Source of the DNA: Octopus bimaculoides
Lineage: Eukaryota
Length of the DNA stretch: 64,000 bases
Direction of reading: 5' to 3'
Assembly (NCBI RefSeq): GCF_001194135.2
Contig: NC_068983.1
Location: 101,527,064-101,591,063, forward strand
A program made the translations under genes and the position numbers. Below the pieces are notes generated by a model, which saw only the letters and a program-made list of their open reading frames with translations, did no database searches and was not told the origin of the DNA. Positions 51,470 to 64,000 of the stretch are shown piece by piece (position 1 is the first letter of the stretch; every line of letters starts with the position of its first letter).

Positions 51470-54400
51470 GCATATGCACAAGGCATTAGTCAACCCAGAG
51501 CTATAGTAGAAGATTATTTGCCCAAGGTACCATGCAGTGGAACTGAACCTGAAATTACGTGGTTGCAAAACAAGCTTCATAATCACACACCCATGTTTGT
51601 GCTTGTATCAAGAATTTTTAATAATGGTTTTCTTTTGAGTAAACTCTTATCCAGTTTTTATTAAGGAAAGATATACAGTGCATTAAGCTGATCTTAACAT
51701 CTCACTGGTACTTTTATTGACTACAGAGATGAAAGTGAAGCAGATCCCAGCAAATAAGAATGTAGAATTATAAAGCACCAAACTAGATGCTTTAACAGAA
51801 GCAATTCAGACAATGACACTATTAAAAAGTATCTTAATGACCAACCATTTGGAACATTTGATATTGGGAAAATTCTTGCAAACATTCAATTTAATAAATC
51901 AATATCACCAGAAAATATTTGATTCATTAGAGACCTGGAATAGTATTTACCATTTGTGCTGAGACATTCTTTTTTTAAAAATGATGTAATGATGGTGACC
52001 AAAATGTACTGAAATATGACATGTGCACATATATCATACAGACACGCATATCAACTATATAGCAGAAAAAAACATTAAAGCACCATATAAATAATATAAT
52101 AGCATACATATATAAAAAAATGGAAGAAATTACAGATTAATAACAACTCTACTGTTAATGTAGGTAATACATATTTAATCAATATACTTGTTTAGTCTGG
52201 TAGCCACATTTTCTTCCATTTTATAGTGAGCAGTGAGTGATTGGCAAAACTTTAAGCTATTACATACAGTTTGCTCTTCACTCAAGACAAAATCTCAACT
52301 ATAGTTGCCATGAATTGAGATATACATCCTCCTACTAAATATATACTTGTTCACCTTGGGAAAATTTCTTAATCTTGGTATGTAAACAGTTATTAATTTC
52401 AGTTTCACTTTAATGAGTATTTGTAATTCATAGACTTTCTTTGTGAGATTTGTTCTTTTCATAATGGGCATATTAATTTCCATATGGAAGTGTCCCCATA
52501 TGCAAGTAATGTCAAATTTTGAAAGTTCAAAGTGTTTATTACTTTCACCATAGATCTCTTGGTTTACTTCTACTCCAATCCAACATTTTATTCTATTTTA
52601 GTTTTATAACTTACTACCTTATCATTAACTGATGATACAACCATTGCCATTGTATCAATATGGCCTTCATGCATAAATAACTCTGTCTCATCCTCGAAAG
52701 GATTCAACTGAATTTTCTCAGTATATATAAAGATAAGAAATGTTTTTCCTGACAAACTGATCTTTTCATTTCAAATTATCTTGATAAGAAACAAATTTCA
52801 GAGTTCAACAAACAGGCTTCCTCATGTAGCATTGTGATGTAACTACTAGCAAACAAAATCCCAGTCTATTGCTATTAAAAAGAATTCCAAGAGAAGATTT
52901 ACTCTAAAACTTTTTTACTTCAAAATGTTCCGATGAAATTTCCTCTTAGGAATTTAGGTGTTCCTTGAATATTCTTCCTTTAAATCTCAGCTGTTTGTGG
53001 ACAATAAATAACAACCATGAACTTTTTTTACTACCATAACAAAACACTCTCTGGACATAACAAGAGCTAAACTCCTCTAGTTACAAATGCAATGTCTCAA
53101 AATCTCTAACACACTTTTATAATAATCAGACATCTGTAAAATTGCTAAAACTGTATTCCAAAGATTAGGCTTCACTCCAGAATTGCAAACTACCAAACCA
53201 AAACGGTTTGCTTTTACATGTGATTTCCCATGGTAACCCTTGCATTTATTTATTAGGCTTGTAAGGGATCTTTTATCCTTATCCCACACAACTCTGATGG
53301 TGTAAAACCAGGGTGTTACTTATTTGTCAACAGGGAAAATAACAACATCACTGCTTGTAGCTCAGGGATTTTTGTAGAAGCATAAATATAAACAAATACA
53401 GACATATGAGCTTGCACTCACACATACCTACATACATACAACAGGCTTCCTTCAGCTACCATGTACCAAATCCACACAAGCATTTGGTGAACTTTCCCAC
53501 TAAATAATTCTGCCAAGGGTTCTAGAATATTTAAGTGAATATTATAAAACCTGAGATATTGAACTCCCAAAGAGAACAGCCTCAGGTACTACAGAACTTT
53601 GTTGGTCAGTTTTGTCACAGGGTGAGCAATTTTCAAATAAATAACTAAAATATTTTATGTGATGAAGATTTGTAATTATCATATTCATTATCTCATATGT
53701 GCTGTTTTATTCAAATAATTGTTGCATATATGTAAATGCAAATATTTCCATAAAAAATATGGTAACTTACAGAAATGTTAATTTGGTCATTCTGACATTC
53801 ACATGCAGCCTGCCTAATATTGTGTACTGCCAATGACATGTTAATGACTAAGACCCACAAGAATGTTGACCTAGTAAATTGGTAAAACCTGTGTCTATAC
53901 TAACTTAAATGGTGACCATGACAAACCATTTACAAATGCTAACTTGAATGAGTTTCACTCAACAAGCCAATGACTACAGAAGTAATTTTCTCATCAATAC
54001 CAACACTTATTATAATACTGCATCTGATGTGTTTCCATATAACCACAGTAAATAATGGCATTTCACTGCTATTTCTACCCAGTTCTCAATAACCCTTTTT
54101 CTTGTGCATTGGTAGAAAATATTTTTATAACCTATCAAATTGGCATTTTCCACTACATATTCCAGTCATTTGTTTCATCAATGCTATACTGTGAGCTTAT
54201 ATAAAAAAATTCCTTGTAATGTCTTCTTCAATTAGGTGACTTCTTCACATTCCAACTGCACAAACATCTGTATTTTTCTCAATATCTCCTTAGACTTCTA
54301 TAGACATTACATAAACTTTCACATTCTTATAATTTCTCTGATTTAAAATAACAAACATTGAATATGGACAGTTTGTCATTTTGATGTCGTTTGTTTCTCG

Positions 54401-56734
54401 TGTACACCTTTCCCTTTTGTATTTTGCATTTTAAATAATTTTGAATTTGTTTATGTTTTAAATTCTTACTTTATGCACACATACATACTTTGTCTCGTGA
54501 ACATAAATACCTTTCTTTGTGAGGATTTAACTTGTCTTCTCTATCTCTGTTTGTATACTATTTTTTATACACTTCTACCAGCACACTACATTTCATTATG
54601 TTGACAGTAGTTTTTGCTCTGCAATGTCTTGCTCACCTCATGATGATAAATACATAAAACAAAAGGCATTGTTATGTTCAACTTTCTGCAGAATGCCTCA
54701 TTTTGGGCTTAAAATCCCACATGTGGCTGGTGAACAATTTATGTGCTTATGTGTTTTCTTGGTGTCTTATTCCCTGCTGCAATATACACACCATTCATTA
54801 TGCACATATATCACACTCTGTTCTGTTGCTTTGCAATGGATTTCACAATCCATTTTTGACATAAATGTTTCTATTTTCTAAGAGTACTTGAATTATTCTG
54901 CATGTTTGTTTGGACTTATGCACTCTTACAACAAACATGCATGCATTCTGTTACACACATGTACAGTACTGTTGTTTCTACATATATTTCAACCCTAAAC
55001 TATAATTCCTGCACATTTCACATTCATTTTGCTAGCACATCCATCATGTCTTTTTTCAGCTTGTATTTGTTTTCATGTTCTACCTGCTAATTTTTTTTTT
55101 ATGTAACACACACATACACGCACGCACAAACACACACACACACACCTTTGTTCTGTTTGTTTTATAACAAACTCATCGCAAGAAGATGCCTGAAGCAAGG
55201 TTCCTGCTAAATTCTGAAACATCTCACTCAGATCCCCAGTTTAGAACCATGGTCCAACTGCATTGCCATAGAAAATAAATGTCAGCTACAAGGAATTAAC
55301 TGTCCTACCAGAAGTGGCATTAATGCCTATGTGAACATGATTCAGCCTATCAGATCAACTGCCTTATAATTAAATAGTAGAAAACTATTTAATAAATCTT
55401 CTACTAATTAAATTAGTCTTCTATTAATTAAATTTTATGAATTTTCCCACCAAACAGTTTCTGCCAAAGGTTCTAGAAATTTTCACTATATGTCAAAAAA
55501 GCTAGGATACAGGACTCACAAAGATAACAGCCTCAAGTGTCACATGCAACTCTGTCAGTCCTTGATGGATACTTATCTTTATGATAAATTCATAGCTGAA
55601 CTCATTGCTGACTTTCACTTACTATGTCTTTGCACTTAGCTTGCACAGCGCTCACAAGCCATTCATTTACATATAGTTTCCTTAGTGTGGCACAATTCAA
55701 ATCAATGAAGGCCAGGTATATTGGTTTGCTCTAAGCTAAGTACTTGTGGTACCTTTTCTGGAAAATAAAACTGAACCACAATTCATCAAGTCTAACTCTA
55801 TTCTTAATCAATTGTGCTATAATTCCTTCTCTCTATTGCAAATCCTTTATCCTTGTAGCCTTTACAATGTTACTGCTATGCTAGTCATTGAGTAGGACAC
55901 CCTGTATTACTTGATTAAGAATTCAGATGTCTATCATGTATCCTACTTCACCAGATATTTCGAGTATCAAAGCTACTATCACTGCTGGGTGTGTACATGT
56001 GTGTGTGTGTGCATGCACATGGATGTGTGTGTGTGTATGTGTGTTTGCATGTGTGTTTTTTGTATGTGACACATTCTACCAGGATCGGAAGTATGAAAGT
56101 GTTTAGTTTTAAAAAATTAATTAAATAATCTGTATATCTAATTGGATAGATCTGAAATGGCTGAAAGGCAAAGTCGACCTCGGCGAAATTTGAACTCAAA
56201 ACATAAAGATAGACAAAATACCACTAAGTATTTCGCCTGGTGCCCTAACATTTCTGCCAGGTCACCACCTTAGTATGTAAATATTCATTTTAGAAATATA
56301 TTCTTTATTCTTATTGCTTAAGCATTACTTTTTACTTCCTTACATTAAATTTCGTAACATTTTACCTCATAACTGTTTTTCTACTAATTTTTTGTTCAAT
56401 GTGACTTACAATTCTGAATTCCACATGCATTTTTCTATCATTTAAGCATAAGAAAAGTAAACTTTTAATTTAAAATTAAAAAGTTTATGTTAATTGAAGA
56501 TGAATATCTGCCTTACTACCCACTTGAGGTCTGACATATTTTGATATAACTTTTTTTTCTACTGAACCAAATCTCAAACTATTTATGTCAAAGTGTAGCT
56601 GAGGAGGTGTCTTCTTTAAAACTATTAACAGTTTGCAATTTAGTTGAGAACTGAATTAGTGGTGAATCTTGGAAGCTGCTGCAATTGATGAAATGGTGGA
56701 CTTAAAAATATATTCAACCACTACCATGGTTAAA

Positions 56735-56775
<41 letters not shown>

Positions 56776-57039
56776 AGTCATCTTAGACACCATAAGTCAG
56801 CGAAAGATTCACTCATATATCTATCAGTAGAGTGGGTATATTATCTGAAAAATATAGTACTAAATATCCATCATGGCTGATCATACCATTCAGTATGGAA
56901 GGGATTCCCTTCTATATAGGCTAACTCTAATGAGCGTAGAGTTATATAATTGGATTGTTACCTAACACTCCATTGTATTCTTTATGCAAAATCAATTGGT
57001 AAGATCAGTCATGAAGGATATTTAATATTATTCTTTTTG

Positions 57040-57075
57040 GATAATATATATATATACACATATATAATACATACA

Positions 57076-57110
<35 letters not shown>

Positions 57111-57177
57111 TATACTATACATTTAATATATATCTATACTATACATACTATATAAATATATATATATATACTATCCA

Positions 57178-57240
<63 letters not shown>

Positions 57241-57297
57241 CATACATACTATATGGTGTGTGTGTGTGTGTATGTATGTATATATNNNNNNNNNNNN

Positions 57298-57325
<28 letters not shown>
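57040..57325. repeat. Compound (TA)n/(CA)n/(GA)n/(TG)n microsatellite cluster containing an assembly gap (N at 57286-57297)
   Basis: Visible tracts and 12 Ns. Confidence 0.95.
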
Positions 57326-57328
<3 letters not shown>

Positions 57329-58019
57329 AAGGTTTGAAAATGCAATTTTAAAGATGTTTATTCACTTGACCAGTTTCACTTTTTTTAGAAAAAGATTGTC
57401 AAAAGTAAAATGTAAAGCTTTGTATAAGCTTTGTTGTGTCAAGTATTGGTTGTCACAAAAGTATTAAAATACATATATACATTCTTTGATAATAATAAGA
57501 AAATGTTAAAAATAGTTTACAAGAAAGTATTCAACAAAAAGTATTAGGAGTTCAATAAAAATCATGTTTGTTTGGTAGTATATATATACACAGGAGATAT
57601 ATTTAAGAATTTACAAAATATTGGAGAGGAATAACTGACCTGTCTGTCTGACATTTTCTGTCTTGTGTGTAGCTAAGGAATGTTTGCTATTTTAAGGGAC
57701 AGTGTGGGAGGCTGGATGGGGTGGGGGGAAGGAAATACACACACACACACCATCCTGCCAAATATAAAACACACACAGACCCATATGCACACACCACAAT
57801 AAACTCTGGGACCAATCAAAAATAGCCCATACACACAAACACAAACACAGGTATATACATACACACACATACAGACATGCACAGAGACACACACACTCAC
57901 ACCATTCTGATCTCAAAGACCACTGTCCCAAAAACCACTGACAGACTAGCCCAGAAACAAAAAAAACCTTTTAATTCCACATTGCTCTTCCTTCCCCCAC
58001 CCCAACCAACCTCCCACAC

Positions 58020-58375
58020 TGTATGAATATTTGATGTGGTTTTAGAGTCAAGTTTTGACTGCTATATCTAGCATGATGGTATCTTTTAGATACCCTTAAT
58101 TATAACTTCAATAATAATTATTACCTATGAGGTTTTTATTCCCATGTTAGCCACTTGATATGATTGGTATTTTAAATAATGATCTTATCCTTATTTATAT
58201 ATATTTCACTGCGTGGCACCTTGGGCAAGTGTCTTCTACTGTAGCCTCAGGCCGACCAAAGCCTTGTGAGTGGATTTGATAGATGGTGGTGTATGAATAT
58301 TTGATGTGGTTTTAGAGTCAAGTTTTTACTGCTATATCTAGCATGATGGTATCTTTTAGATACCCTTAATTATAA
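58020..58375 (+). repeat. 86-bp direct duplication (58020-58105 and 58290-58375)
   Basis: The two copies differ at one position and bracket a SINE fragment. Confidence 0.9.
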
Positions 58376-59064
58376 TTTTATATAAATATATTCACACACA
58401 CTATACGTACATACATACATATATATATATATATACACACACACATACTCATGAGAATTTGTTTATATACACACATGCACATATACACTAATACATACAT
58501 GTATACTTTGGCTGGATAATTTTTATTGCTGGTCTGGATCAAATGTTTTTACTACTGGCTGCTCTTCCTATCTCTAACTCCTTGACTGGTGAAGCAGGAA
58601 TGCAATGCCTCTTTTATGAGCCCTGGAAACTGGTGCAAGCAGACTTATGTACCTTACTCAGAGACATATCAAGCTGAATCTATGATGAGTGTATCAAAGG
58701 AGTGGAGCAACATATGTTCACAAAACAGGATATCACAGTAATGGTTTAATATCTTCAATATATTTGTAAGTAAAGCTCTAACATTTATAAATAGGATCTG
58801 TTGGCTATGATTAGTGGGTGGAGCAAGCGTTCTCTGTGCCTGGGTGTAAAGACAGGCATGAGGATATTTTGTTCTCATATATCTTTTACTTGAGGTTCCC
58901 CACCTTAATTAACTGGTATGATAAGCAAGAGGAAATAACTTCATGCTCTTTCAATGAGAAATTTAATTAGAATGATTTTGCCTATTGACTGATGATAATT
59001 TCATAGTAAGCCATGTCCTCTTATAATTCTTTATTAAAGTTCACAAATATTTCTTTCTACTATA

Positions 59065-59478
59065 GGCACAAAGTCTGGAATTTTGGGAGAGCGGGCTAGT
59101 TGATTACATCAATCCCAGGACTCAACTTGTACTTATTTTATTGACCCTGAAAGGATGAAAGGCAAAGTTGATGGAATTTGAACTTAGAACATAAAAACCA
59201 GAAGAAATTCCACTAAACATTTTGTCCTGTGGGCTAACAATTCTGCTAGCCTGCTGCCTTAAAGTTACCAAGTATTGGTTTCAAATTTTAGCAGAAGGTC
59301 AACAATTTCTGTTGAGTGGTTAAGTTGATTATATCAGCCTCAGTGCTCCACTGGTACTCATTTTATCAACTTTGAAAGAATGAATTCAGTGGAATATGAA
59401 CTCAGAACATGAAGATGGACAAAATGCCACTAAGTATTTTACCCAGCATGCTAACAATTCTGCAATCCTGCTGCTTTA
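59065..59478 (-). mobile_element. Two tandem copies of the second SINE family
   Basis: Reverse complement matches 28227-28438. Confidence 0.75.
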
Positions 59479-59822
59479 AAGTTTCCAAATATCAATAAGT
59501 CTATTTGCCTTGGAGAGATGTGAATTCCAATGTTTCAGGCAGTAACCTTCTTTAGAAGGAAAAATGTCCAAAATATAAGAACTTACATATCCCCTCTGCA
59601 TCAAAGCTTATTCATTTACTAATTTTTGCTAATATAAACCAACACTGATTTCCTTGATCTTTGGTTTTTATTTGCCATTTACATCTATGCTTTGTCATAC
59701 TAAAATGTTTAGTAAGGACAAAAATTGGTTCAGTTATTATTCATGATTCATTAAAAAAAAACCAGTTAAAGTCTGTCTTGAGCCTACAAGCCCATCAGAG
59801 CTTATCCTAATTTCCTTATCAT

Positions 59823-60210
59823 ATAGGCATAAGCATGGCTGTGTGGTAAAAAGTTTGCTTCCTAACCACATGATTTTGTGTTCAGTCCCACTGTGTGGCA
59901 CCTTGGGCAAGTGTCTTCTACTATAGCCCCAAGCTGACCAAAGCGTTGTGAGTGGATTTGGTAGATTGAAACTGAAACAAGTCTGATGTATGTGTGTGTG
60001 TGCATTTGTCCCTCATCACTGCTTGACAACTGGTGTTGGTGTGTTTACATTCCCATAAATTAGTGGTTTGGCAAACGAAACTGATAGAATAAGTACCAGG
60101 TTTTAAAAAAAGTACTGGGGTCGATTCATTCGACTAAAAATTCTTCAAGGCAGTACTCCAGCTTGGCTGCAGTCTAACGACTGAAACAAGGAAAAGATAA
60201 AAGATAAAAG
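59823..60210 (+). mobile_element. tRNA-derived CORE-type SINE
   Basis: Same family, full length. Further copies lie at about 60565-61165. Confidence 0.85.
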
Positions 60211-61827
60211 TTTAAACAAATGGGAGCACAAGATTTCGCATTGGACAGAACTCCAGTCCTTCACTAGGTTAACCCTTCTCACCAATCAACAATTGCTGGT
60301 AATCCATTTGAGTGAGCTGATGTAATATGAAATGAAGTGTGTTGCTCAAGAACACAATGCACTACCTGGATCAAGAATTGAACCACCAACTCAGCAATCA
60401 TGAGCTGAACACTCAAACCACTACACTATGCCCACTGGTGTAGCTAAGGGGGGTGGCAGTAGGGGAGGTCCACCCAGGGTAACACTTTTAAAGGGGCACC
60501 ACTTTTGGAGCTGTTATATAATTATATAAATTGCTCAGCTAGGACATATAAATTATTTTGAACTTTGATATGTATATATCTGTGTGTGTGTCTTTGTGTT
60601 TGTGTTTGTCCCGCCTACCACCACTTGACAACCAGTGTGGGTGTGTTTACATCCCGTAACTTAGCGGTTCATTTGTTCAACTAAAATTCTTTAAGGCAAT
60701 GCTCCAGCATGGCCACAGTCTAATGACTGAAACAAGTAAAAGATAAAAGATAGACACTGACACATCTGAGTGGTTAAGAAGTTCACTTCATGACCCTGTG
60801 GTTTCAGGTTCAGTCTTACTGCATAGTACCCTGGGCAAGTGGTTTCTACTATAGCCTTGGGTAGACTAATGCTTTGAGCATGAATTTGTGAGAAAGTAAC
60901 TCTGTGGAGCTTGTCGTATGTTTGTGTGTGTGCATATGTGTATGTGTGTTTGCGTGTGTGTTTTTATGTATGTGCCTTTATGTTTGTTGCCCCACCATTT
61001 GACAACTGGTATCAGTTTGTTTACATCCCATAACATACCAGTACAGTAAAAAAGCTATATTGAATACATACCAGACTTGGAAAAAAAAATAAGTACTGGA
61101 ATTGATTTGATCAACTAAGCCCTTCAACACAGTGCTCCAGCATGGTCACAGTCCCGTGAGTGAAACAAATAAAAGAATACTGTCTGAGATTAATATTTCA
61201 TAATTCTAAAATAACTTATTTCCTTTCCCTTAACTGTGCAGTGGTCCATTGTTTGGTCCCTGCTCTTCGATTGATTACAAGTAGCTGCACATTACCAAAG
61301 TTTCATTGTTATTATTACCATTATCATTATTGTCACCATTACTCCAATCATATAATTTACATTGTGCACATTAGCTTTAGTTCAGTTATTATATATCGTA
61401 TTGATTCCTGTCAATAAATAAAACTTGATGTTTTATTGAATTATTAATTAATGTTTTGCTGTGAAATGCCAATATTTTATTGACTAAATGTTTTCGTGTA
61501 ACTCACTCAGACGACAATGTTACATAATGAGAAATAATTAAAATAAATATATGAAATCAATGAAACAGTGTACAGACATGCTATATTGATTCTCGAATGA
61601 ATAATTCCTTTGTTGTGTTTTTAAGATTTATCCCTTAAGTACTTTTACTTAATTCATTGACCTGAGACAGAAAGAGAAAGAGAGAGAGGATGAAGGCAAA
61701 ATCAGACTTAGTCTCAATGGTTTTATGAAGTACAAATTTACCTTGATGTTATTAAGCGTGTAAATCCATCACTGTCACTTCCATGATCTTAAATGTGCAT
61801 TAACCCTTTAACAACCAATCTATCACT

Positions 61828-62225
61828 TACTCTTTTACTCTTTTACTTGTTTCATTCATTCGACTGCAGCCATGCTGGAGCACCGCTTTTAGTCAAGCAA
61901 ATCGACCCCGGGACTTATTCTTTGTAAGCCTAGTACTTATTCTATTGGTCTCTTTTGCCGAACCACTAAGTGACGGAGACATAAACACACCAGCATCGGT
62001 TGTCAAGCAATGCTAGGAGGACAAACACAGACACACACACATATATATATCCATATATACTACGGGCTTCTTTCAGTTTCCGTCTACCAAATCCACTCAC
62101 AAGGCTCTGGTCGGACCGAGGCTATAGTAGAAGACACTTTCCCAAGATACCATGCAGTGGGACTGAACCCGGAAACATGTGGTTGGTAAGCAAGCTACTT
62201 ACCACACAGCCACTCCTGCACCTAT
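61828..62225 (-). mobile_element. tRNA-derived CORE-type SINE (young copy)
   Basis: Same family, full length. Confidence 0.88.
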
Positions 62226-64000
62226 TGTTTTCAATTAATCATACATTATCACATGACTTCAAAATCTGAATGATGTGAGGGTATATTTTTAGAATGACAT
62301 GGTAAAGTAGGTGTGAGAATTACAACATAAAACAGGTAGAATATTTGGGCCAGATATGGACAGTTTAACTGCTAAAGGGTTAAACAAAATAAAACCACAA
62401 AAACATACATATATGACCCAAAAAGGCAAAAAAAAACAAAATTGACTCATTTGCAGACGGCATTATCATTACCATCTCCATCCACTTACCTTTTAGAGTT
62501 GACTTCTATGTAAGCTCCAGTTTCTCCCCATAGACAGTTGGGAACCAGGAGATGGGGTGGGGTTGCTTCCTCTGTCGCTAATGCTGATTGGAACTTACAT
62601 CAAGTTATAATAGTAGTGCCAATATGTATACAACTGTAAGATTATTTATTTATGCACAATACAGTGTAAATTAGAAGAACTGAAATAAATTATAAAACTA
62701 CACTGTGAGTTAAACACATTCATTCTCAGCTACCAATGTATGGAAAAAAGAGTGAGAGAATCTTCTGATGGATTGTTTCATGGTTTGTTGACTGTTCCTT
62801 GGTGAAGATGTGCCTACTTTCCTTCTGCAATCAATAGCACAGATCAGCTGCTTATGAAGCAGTCATAAATTAGGCTAGCACTAGTGGATAGCCCAACCTG
62901 CATATTTGCACTCTCAGTATTTACAACCCAGCATATATCAGAAAAACTGAAATAAATCCAAATATTATAAAGCCATACTGTGGGTTAAGAATGTAAACAC
63001 ATTTTTTTGATGTGGAAAAAATTAATTTCAGTTCAAACTGAAAAAAATGTATGGAGTTTTTATTTATAATTTGTTGATGTCTGTGTTGTAAATGTCATAT
63101 GTGTAATGAGCGGGACCAAGATTGTTCTCAACAGCTGCATTTAGCAGCAGCATTCCTATCTATCAGGTAGTTACAAGAAGGCCTTTTCAAACTGTAAAGT
63201 CATTAACATTTGTCACTAAGTGGTGTTCATCATTTCTATCAACTTAATTGTATTCCCATATCAATAATTAACCACCTGTAACTCAAGATTCTTCTTTGTC
63301 TGGCCACTACATTCATTTGTTTAACAATGAAATCTGTCTGCTGCTTTCATTGGTGATGTTCTGAAAGATTCCATTATGTTTATCATTCATTGATATTAGG
63401 GTTACATACATTGTTTAGTCCTAGGCCATCCCTATCTGAACCAATCTATGTTCCAGGCATAAGCAAAATGTATTTCTTTTCTTTCAGACACAATGTATCT
63501 AGGACTACACTACCCAATGTAGCCTTCCTTTGAATAATGTGGTAGGTAATTTTAGAGATATGCATGAAGATAGGGACTTAGAATATAGGGATTATGTTAT
63601 TTTTGTACTTGTTGTTTAGTCCAGATCTACCCTAGTTGAGCAACCCTATGATCAAAGTCATATCTTTTTTGTATATCAATGATTATATTGATCAATATGG
63701 CTTTCTTTTCATAAAACAATAGAATGTGATTTGATGGAATATGGCTGTTATTCTAGCAGGATGAACAACTGTGTTATGGCCTTTTGGTTGTAATTTTTAA
63801 TATTGGTATTGCTTTAATTTTTAAGTATCACATTTAAAATGCAAAATTCCTAGAGAGTGGGAGGAACAGAAAGTAAAAGACTAGGTTAACATAAGTGATG
63901 CAGGATGAGTGGCAGGCAATGGGTAAATGAATGCTTCATTCAGACACACAGTGAGAGAGATAGAATCATAGAGACAGAAGGGAGGAGGAAAGAGTGATAT

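Noticed and set aside
57148-57931. ORFs rich in IY/CV dipeptides
   Set aside because: They are translations of microsatellites, and one spans an N gap.
62490-62578. Possible minus-strand exon of a third gene ending AAAG|gtaagt
   Set aside because: It is an isolated donor with no recognisable peptide or partner exons in the window.

Overview
AT-rich, repeat-dense eukaryotic DNA, most likely from an octopus or other coleoid cephalopod. That assignment is inferred from the SINE/RTE repeat families and microsatellite style, not from a database search. Two intron-rich genes lie head-to-head. On the minus strand is the 5' part of OPA1 (mitochondrial dynamin-like GTPase): six coding exons from the ATG at 20548 to an exon at 864-923, with the GTPase domain beyond the left edge of the window. 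On the plus strand is a complete GTF2H2 (TFIIH p44/Ssl1): 14 coding exons at 23833-49587, 403 aa, all GT-AG with consistent phases. I found no convincing gene in 50-64 kb. Introns and intergenic DNA carry tRNA-derived SINEs, RTE LINE 3' fragments, a decayed Gypsy integrase and MITEs of the piggyBac, hAT, Tc1 and Merlin types. Most notable: (1) a small tRNA-headed retroelement with a Penelope-type minimal hammerhead ribozyme motif, present at two loci as inverted composites, one with an 11-bp TSD; (2) a 380-bp, 98.7%-identical inverted repeat in a GTF2H2 intron; (3) a 162-codon acidic, repeat-containing OPA1 exon plus a short hydrophobic exon in the region where vertebrate OPA1 is alternatively spliced and cleaved; (4) a Merlin-like MITE built around inverted telomere-like repeats. 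Most ORFs in the supplied six-frame track are spurious. Repeat boundaries are approximate unless a TIR or TSD is given.
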